Virus record (IMG/VR): IMGVR_UViG_3300023174_008763
Length of the DNA stretch: 64,000 nucleotides
Reading direction: 5' to 3' (one strand)
Origin: an uncultured virus (IMG/VR IMGVR_UViG_3300023174_008763)
Taxonomy: Duplodnaviria > Heunggongvirae > Uroviricota > Caudoviricetes
Position numbers and translations under genes: made by a program. The stretch's first letter is position 1, and each line of letters starts with the position of its first letter. Shown here in pieces: positions 58,786 to 64,000 of this stretch. The notes under the pieces are model-generated. The model saw only the letters and a list, made by a program, of their open reading frames with translations, searched no databases and was not told the DNA's origin.

Positions 58786-58825
58786 TTAAGGAATTTTCCT
58801 AAAAACTCTGAAAAATTAAATATAC

Positions 58826-59590
58826 ATGTCTATATTTATGTCGCCACATACACAACAATACTCTGTGGTTGATCCTATAAAAAACAATTTGGATGAAGAG
58901 CTTATCAAAAATAATAAGCTCAGAAAGGATGTACGCGCAAAAATTTTAGATGCAGTGGATAAAATTTCGAGTAAACTAGATATTAAAGTAGAAAGAATTT
59001 ATCTTGTTGGTTCCTCCCTTACCCATCAATATACCGACGATAGTGACATAGATGTAACAATATTTGTTAAGCACACTGAAGAAGAGTTACACAATCTGAA
59101 TAAACTCGCAGACAAATATTTCAATGAAAAAATTTATATAAATGAACATCCAATCAATTTTCATTTTAATTCTGGCAGATATTATAAATTTAAAGCAGAC
59201 GCTATTTATGATTTAAAAAATGATAAATGGATCAAAAAGCCAGAAGCTATGTCTCAAGATGATGTTGAAGATATTATTCGCGGATGTCAAAATGTCAAAG
59301 AATTTAATGAAATTCTATCTGAATATACTGAATTAAAAAAAATGCTTGAATCATTTTCTGGTCAACAAGATTCTCTCACAGAAATAATTGATCAAACGAT
59401 GAAAGTTTCTAATTTATTCAATAAAATTAAAGACATTAGACGCGAAGATTTTAAAAAACGCGATACAGAAGGATTGCCTTCTGCAAACTTTCGATGCAGT
59501 AATATAGTATTAAAATTATTAGAACAATATGGTCTTGATGATTTAGCTGCTCAAATCTCCACCTTTTTGTCTGCTAGGCTCAAAAATTAA
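58826..59590 (+). CDS. Pol-beta superfamily nucleotidyltransferase
   Basis: LVGSSLTHQYTDDSDIDV (GS..DxD), AIYDLKNDKWIKKP. Confidence 0.75.
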   Translation: MSIFMSPHTQQYSVVDPIKNNLDEELIKNNKLRKDVRAKILDAVDKISSKLDIKVERIYLVGSSLTHQYTDDSDIDVTIFVKHTEEELHNLNKLADKYFNEKIYINEHPINFHFNSGRYYKFKADAIYDLKNDKWIKKPEAMSQDDVEDIIRGCQNVKEFNEILSEYTELKKMLESFSGQQDSLTEIIDQTMKVSNLFNKIKDIRREDFKKRDTEGLPSANFRCSNIVLKLLEQYGLDDLAAQISTFLSARLKN

Positions 59591-60124
59591 AGCTACAGGC
59601 ATTGGAAGATTGCCAGCTTTGACAATTTGGTGAGTGGATCTAAAATAAAATCCCACTTGATTCAATCCTGGGAGCTTTATTGCGTTTTGGCAATTCATTT
59701 CGTCTAATTTTTTTGTAATTCCGCTGAGCAAGCATTTTTTTGTTAGTAATACAATGTAATTACCAAACTTTTTTTGACCTATTGAAACATGACATCCAGG
59801 TGAAAGTTCGCCCACAGAAAATTCTTCTTCTTTAAATCTTTTTTGTATTTGAAAATTTTCGAGTAATGTAGGGCCAGCTTGAATTATACTATTCCCCACT
59901 TCAAAGCTTGGCCTAAATTTTTTTCCTTCAATTTTTGTCATAATTAAGCCATTGTCCTTTAGAAATCCAATTGGGTGTCCATTTTTATGATAATTACAAC
60001 AAATAGCTAATCCATAAAAATTATCACCTGGCTCAAAATCAAATACTATTTTAGTGGAAAAAGAATCTTTTTGAATTTCAATTAAAAATTCATCTTCATT
60101 ATTTCGATGAATTGTGTATTCCAT
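59543..60124 (-). CDS. Phosphodiester glycosidase (NAGPA)-like protein, degenerate
   Basis: PIG...NG, IQAGPTLL, SIG, AIKL.G pattern. Confidence 0.5.
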   Translation of the reverse strand: MEYTIHRNNEDEFLIEIQKDSFSTKIVFDFEPGDNFYGLAICCNYHKNGHPIGFLKDNGLIMTKIEGKKFRPSFEVGNSIIQAGPTLLENFQIQKRFKEEEFSVGELSPGCHVSIGQKKFGNYIVLLTKKCLLSGITKKLDEMNCQNAIKLPGLNQVGFYFRSTHQIVKAGNLPMPVALIFEPSRQKGGDLSS

Positions 60125-60159
60125 GAATTGATTGTACAAAAATGCCCGTATATTCTACT

Positions 60160-60735
60160 ATGATACCCTTTGTGATTGAAAAAACAAGCTCCGGCGAGCG
60201 TTCTTATGATATTTGGAGTAGATTGCTCAAGGACAGAATTGTTTTCTTAGGCGACGATGTTAACGACGACACCGCCAATGCAATTATTGCACAATTGTTA
60301 TTTCTTGAGAAAGATGATCCAGATGCAGATATTCATTTTTACATAAACTCTCCCGGTGGAAGCGTTTATGCTGGTCTAGCAATCTACGACGCCATGCAAT
60401 TAATTAAATGTGATGTGTCAACCACATGCATCGGCATGGCGGCCTCTATGGGAGCAATTTTGCTTGCAGGTGGCACAAAAGGAAAAAGATATATCTTGCC
60501 AAATTCTCGCACAATGATACATCAAGTGAGTAGTGGTTTTCGTGGCACAGTTAAGGATATCAATGTTCAAGCCAAAGAAACTAATTTGCTCATGGATTCT
60601 CTAATGAATATTCTTTCTTGTCATACTGGCAAAGATATAGAAACAGTGAGAGATGATTGTGATAGAGACTGCTGGATGTCAGCAGAAGAAGCTTTGGCAT
60701 ATGGCCTAGTTGACGAAATCTTAAAACCATCTTAA
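60160..60735 (+). CDS. clpP: ATP-dependent Clp protease proteolytic subunit
   Basis: [31 protein letters not shown] (Ser), MIHQ (His), DRD (Asp). Confidence 0.97.
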   Translation: MIPFVIEKTSSGERSYDIWSRLLKDRIVFLGDDVNDDTANAIIAQLLFLEKDDPDADIHFYINSPGGSVYAGLAIYDAMQLIKCDVSTTCIGMAASMGAILLAGGTKGKRYILPNSRTMIHQVSSGFRGTVKDINVQAKETNLLMDSLMNILSCHTGKDIETVRDDCDRDCWMSAEEALAYGLVDEILKPS

Positions 60736-60770
60736 TTTCCCACCTTCACAAAATCTGAGTATATTATATC
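60736..60770 (+). promoter_or_regulatory. Dispersed promoter cassette, copy 3
   Basis: tttcccaccttcacaaaatctgagTATATT, 5 nt, then the ATG of the HAD gene. Confidence 0.8.
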
Positions 60771-61340
60771 ATGCTACCAAAATTATTAGAAATAGCAAAA
60801 TCAAAACCACAGGCTATTATATTTGACCTAGACGGAGTTTTGGTGGATTCATCAGAGCGTTTTAAGCGTCTTGATTTAAGCGCATTTGACAATCGAGATA
60901 AATCTGCCTATATTGAGTCAGTGAGACAATATTCAAAAGATTGTGTTGGTGATATAGTAATCCCCGAGGGGTTAAATCTTCTTAAATCTTTAGTGGAATT
61001 AAGCCCCAACATATTCTTTGTCACAGCAAGGGGGGAAACGGGCAGAAATCCAACATTGGCCTGGATAAATGATAATATTTGCGATCCTCTGATTTTGGAC
61101 AAATCCAGCAAAGTGTTTAATTGGTCTTTGATTATGCATCCAGAAAACTTGGATAATTATGATTTTTCCACACAGCACGATCACGCAGAATACAAAAAGA
61201 AAGAAGCTAAAAAACTAATGGAACAATATGAAATCATTTATGCTGTAGATGATTCTTGGCTAAATTGTGAAGCTTTCATTTCTTTGGATATTACCACCTT
61301 GCATTTTGTAAAACCTAATCTTGGCAGAGTTTTAGTTTGA
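60771..61340 (+). CDS. HAD-superfamily phosphatase (polynucleotide 3'-phosphatase-like)
   Basis: IFDLDGVL, FVTAR, YKK, AVDD. Confidence 0.85.
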   Translation: MLPKLLEIAKSKPQAIIFDLDGVLVDSSERFKRLDLSAFDNRDKSAYIESVRQYSKDCVGDIVIPEGLNLLKSLVELSPNIFFVTARGETGRNPTLAWINDNICDPLILDKSSKVFNWSLIMHPENLDNYDFSTQHDHAEYKKKEAKKLMEQYEIIYAVDDSWLNCEAFISLDITTLHFVKPNLGRVLV

Positions 61341-61353
61341 TATGTCAAGATCG

Positions 61354-61397
61354 GCCCGATATTTTCCCACCTTCACACAATCTGAGTATAATAAAGC
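61354..61397 (+). promoter_or_regulatory. Dispersed promoter cassette, copy 4
   Basis: gcccgatattttcccaccttcacacaatctgagTATAAT, 5 nt, then GTG; 41 bp identical to copy 1. Confidence 0.85.
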
Positions 61398-61976
61398 GTG
61401 AAAATAGAAAATAACAAAAAAGTTTGGTTTACCAGTGATAGCCACGCCTGTCATCGCAATATTATCAAATATAGCAACAGGCCTTTTAAGTGTGTGGATG
61501 AAATGAACACACAATTAGTAAAAAACTGGAATGAACTCGTGAAGCCTGGTGATTTAACTTTTCATCTTGGCGATTTTTGCTTTGGAGATCTATCACAATG
61601 GGAAAATTTTAGAAACCAACTCAATGGTGATATAATCCTCATTAAAGGCAATCATGATAAACTGCAAAATGGTCAAATCAAGCATTTATTTCAAGGAATT
61701 CACAATTTTCTTGAGATTGATGTGAAAGACGAAGATGCACCAAGTGGCTGGCAACATATCACACTTTGCCATTACGCTCTTAGAGTGTGGAATCGCTCAC
61801 ACTACGGTGCATATTCCCTTTTTGGTCACAGCCACGGAAGTCTACCAGATGATCTTAATTCATTATCGTTTGATGTGGGTGTGGATTGCCACAACTATAA
61901 ACCAATATCATACAATCGTGTTAAAGAGATAATGGCAACAAAAACTTTTAATCCAATCGATCACCACGGAAATTGA
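61398..61976 (+). CDS. Calcineurin-like metallophosphoesterase
   Basis: FTSDSH, HLGDF, GNHD, LCHY, GHSH, DVGVD. Confidence 0.92.
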   Translation: MKIENNKKVWFTSDSHACHRNIIKYSNRPFKCVDEMNTQLVKNWNELVKPGDLTFHLGDFCFGDLSQWENFRNQLNGDIILIKGNHDKLQNGQIKHLFQGIHNFLEIDVKDEDAPSGWQHITLCHYALRVWNRSHYGAYSLFGHSHGSLPDDLNSLSFDVGVDCHNYKPISYNRVKEIMATKTFNPIDHHGN

Positions 61977-61999
61977 CCTAAATACACAGAACACTATAA

Positions 62000-63304
62000 A
62001 TGTTGAATAAAAATATAACAATATGCTTAATTTCTTTAAGCACCATAGGCTATTCACAAGAATTCAATACACAATTTGGTTCTGTGCAATATAAAATAAA
62101 CCCAGATAACACAATCTCATATCTGGGCTCAAATATTCATTATAAATTCGACCAATTTGCTTATAAGGTGGACATGAATAATAAATCCACTATACACAAT
62201 CTGTCATACAATGGCGATTTTTGGTCTATTAATTTGAATAAAATTACAGGTGAAAACCCCGCCTTTGTTTCTTCTTTCAAATTTAAAGATTTTTCTTTTG
62301 TTGATCAGCAGCTTATGAATCAGCAAATCAGAAGCTTTTCATATTCCAGTAAAGGTACACAATTAGATTATATCTCTGCTAAAAACCCCCTCACATTCAA
62401 AGATTATTGGAATAGAAATATTCTTTCAAAAAGTTATTTTTTTATGAACTACAAAGGTGGATCTGCAAAATTCATTGACGATTATTATGATGTGAATTTA
62501 AATTTTGGCCCGATAAATCTACTGCGCGCACATTCTAGTACACAATCTGAAAACAATCTACAATACAAAGATAAGACCATTTCATTAAAATGGTCTAATT
62601 TCGATAATGCAAAAAATCAAAAAGATTTTATTGATGTTTCTTCAAAAACATTTTCCCTAAAATCTGTTAGCGATGCAAACATCAGTGCCCAAATGCTTAC
62701 ATTTGGTTTTACCACTCTGGCCCACAATGATTCTCAAAATTATGTTCAATCCAAATTGGGAGATTTATCATATAAAGTGGCACAATATAAAAATCAAATT
62801 GACTATGGATTCACCTACAAGGGTTTATCTTACAATAATAAGCAATGGTTCTACACATTCGCCCCAAATAAAGATTTGTCATTTCAGATTGGGTCAGATG
62901 GCAAAATTCATAACACAACATATAATGTAAAAATCAAAGATACAAATGTGTCTTTAAAATATACAGACAAATTCGATGTGTACGATTTTTATTTCAATCA
63001 AGGTGTATTCAATGTTTACGACAATAGTTTTAATATGATTGGTAGCTCAAACACTCAATACAAAAACAGCACATCAATTATGATTAACAATTCTTTGTGC
63101 TCTTTTAATATTGATGCTATTAATGATTTATGGAATTTGAATTTTAAAGCCAATAAGGAATTTAGTTTTGGCTATCTAAAGGATCAAAAAAACAATCACA
63201 TCAGTCTTTCTGATGCCTCAAAATACGGAACCATCACAATTGGGTACAATGTTGATAAAGAGAAAATCGACAGATTGGGTGTGAATTTTAATTTCAGATT
63301 CTGA
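62000..63304 (+). CDS. Secreted beta-rich, probable outer-membrane protein
   Basis: Signal peptide (GYS-Q), aromatic-rich beta composition, C-term GVNFNFRF. Confidence 0.55.
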   Translation: MLNKNITICLISLSTIGYSQEFNTQFGSVQYKINPDNTISYLGSNIHYKFDQFAYKVDMNNKSTIHNLSYNGDFWSINLNKITGENPAFVSSFKFKDFSFVDQQLMNQQIRSFSYSSKGTQLDYISAKNPLTFKDYWNRNILSKSYFFMNYKGGSAKFIDDYYDVNLNFGPINLLRAHSSTQSENNLQYKDKTISLKWSNFDNAKNQKDFIDVSSKTFSLKSVSDANISAQMLTFGFTTLAHNDSQNYVQSKLGDLSYKVAQYKNQIDYGFTYKGLSYNNKQWFYTFAPNKDLSFQIGSDGKIHNTTYNVKIKDTNVSLKYTDKFDVYDFYFNQGVFNVYDNSFNMIGSSNTQYKNSTSIMINNSLCSFNIDAINDLWNLNFKANKEFSFGYLKDQKNNHISLSDASKYGTITIGYNVDKEKIDRLGVNFNFRF

Positions 63305-63310
63305 TTTACA

Positions 63311-63345
63311 AAAAAGGAGGGCTGCCGCCCTCCTAATTATTTTTT
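63311..63345. terminator. Bidirectional terminator
   Basis: aaaaaggagggc-tgcc-gccctcct followed by a T-tract, between convergent genes. Confidence 0.75.
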
Positions 63346-63354
63346 AATCAATAG

Positions 63355-64000
63355 TTAATTTTGCTCGTCTACCACTTCGGCTTCAATTACTTCTTCAGGC
63401 GAGACAGATTGTGTTTGTTCGTAAAGTTTGCTACTCAAAGCATGAGATGCAGTGAGTAATTTACTTTTAGCATCAGCAATTTTGTCCTTGTCATTTTCCT
63501 TAAGTGCTTCTTCAGCTACAGTAATAGCCTCTAGTACTGGATCGATCAGAGATGAGTCTTGCTTGTCTTTCTGTTCTTCACAAGTAGTTTTCATGTTAGA
63601 GCAAAGCATCTCAAGCTCATTTTTGTCAAGGATAAATTGCTTTGCTTCTTTGTCAGCTTCGGCATATTCTTCCGCTTCTTTAACCATCTTGTCTATTTCA
63701 TCTTGTGTAAGGTTTGATGAGCCAGAAATAGTAATAGAATTCGATTTGCCCGTACCCAAATCTTTTGCTTTAACCTCCAGAATTCCTGAATTATTTACGC
63801 TTAGTTCCACTTCAATTTGGGGCACTCCACGCTTTGCTTGAGGAATTCCAGAAAGTCTAAAAGTACCCAAGATTTTGTTGTCTTTTGTCAAAGGTCTTTC
63901 ACCTGTTGCGATGACAATATCCACTGATTCTTGCCCATCCACTGCTGTGCTAAACACTTCTTTTCTACTTGTTGGAATTGTGCTATTTTTAGGAACAAGA
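63355..64000 (-). CDS. dnaK: Chaperone DnaK (Hsp70), C-terminal part
   Basis: VPKNSTIPT..., FSTAVDGQ, GER...DNK.LG.F.L.GIP.A.RGVPQIEV; runs off the window edge. Confidence 0.95.
   Translation of the reverse strand, partial: LVPKNSTIPTSRKEVFSTAVDGQESVDIVIATGERPLTKDNKILGTFRLSGIPQAKRGVPQIEVELSVNNSGILEVKAKDLGTGKSNSITISGSSNLTQDEIDKMVKEAEEYAEADKEAKQFILDKNELEMLCSNMKTTCEEQKDKQDSSLIDPVLEAITVAEEALKENDKDKIADAKSKLLTASHALSSKLYEQTQSVSPEEVIEAEVVDEQN

Noticed and set aside
13272..61397. CCCACCTTCACACAATCTGAG repeats as a CRISPR array
   Set aside because: The copies are kilobases apart, each abuts a start codon, and there are no spacers or cas genes.
1..64000. Stop-codon recoding (alternative genetic code)
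   Set aside because: Known genes are full length in code 11, and TAA, TAG and TGA all act as stops.
1..64000. Cellular (bacterial) chromosome origin
   Set aside because: Housekeeping genes are isolated from their usual operons (nusG without secE/rplK, groEL without groES, clpP without tig/clpX) and mixed with fibre genes, a phage-type dNMP kinase and many orphans.

Overview
This window looks like part of a large (jumbo-type) dsDNA bacteriophage genome in the standard genetic code, probably infecting a diderm bacterium. It contains: tail-fibre/virion genes at the left end; host-like proteostasis genes (groEL, clpS, clpP, partial dnaK) and a tmRNA; a ~20 kb AT-rich nucleotide-sugar/glycosyltransferase island (GDP-fucose/colitose, amino-sugar, duplicated heptose and C-methyl sugar modules) followed by ahcY; nucleotide genes (thyX, dNMP kinase); a sigma-nusG-deaminase-ECF sigma block; an intact tnpB-only IS200/IS605-type element; and an orphan IS607-type tnpB 3' end/omega-RNA remnant. 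The intergenic DNA shows three promoter-like grammars. (i) A GTA(C/T)AA(T) -10 box lies 5-8 nt before start codons (leaderless), often as a bidirectional TGTACA palindrome. (ii) A 25-41 bp cassette, CCCACCTTCACACAATCTGAGTATA, occurs in four dispersed copies. (iii) An AGG-N18/19-(G/T)AAWAW motif precedes virion-like genes, many of which share short peptide motifs fused to diverse enzymes; this is a candidate packaged-effector system. All product calls come from motif recognition by eye, with no database searches.
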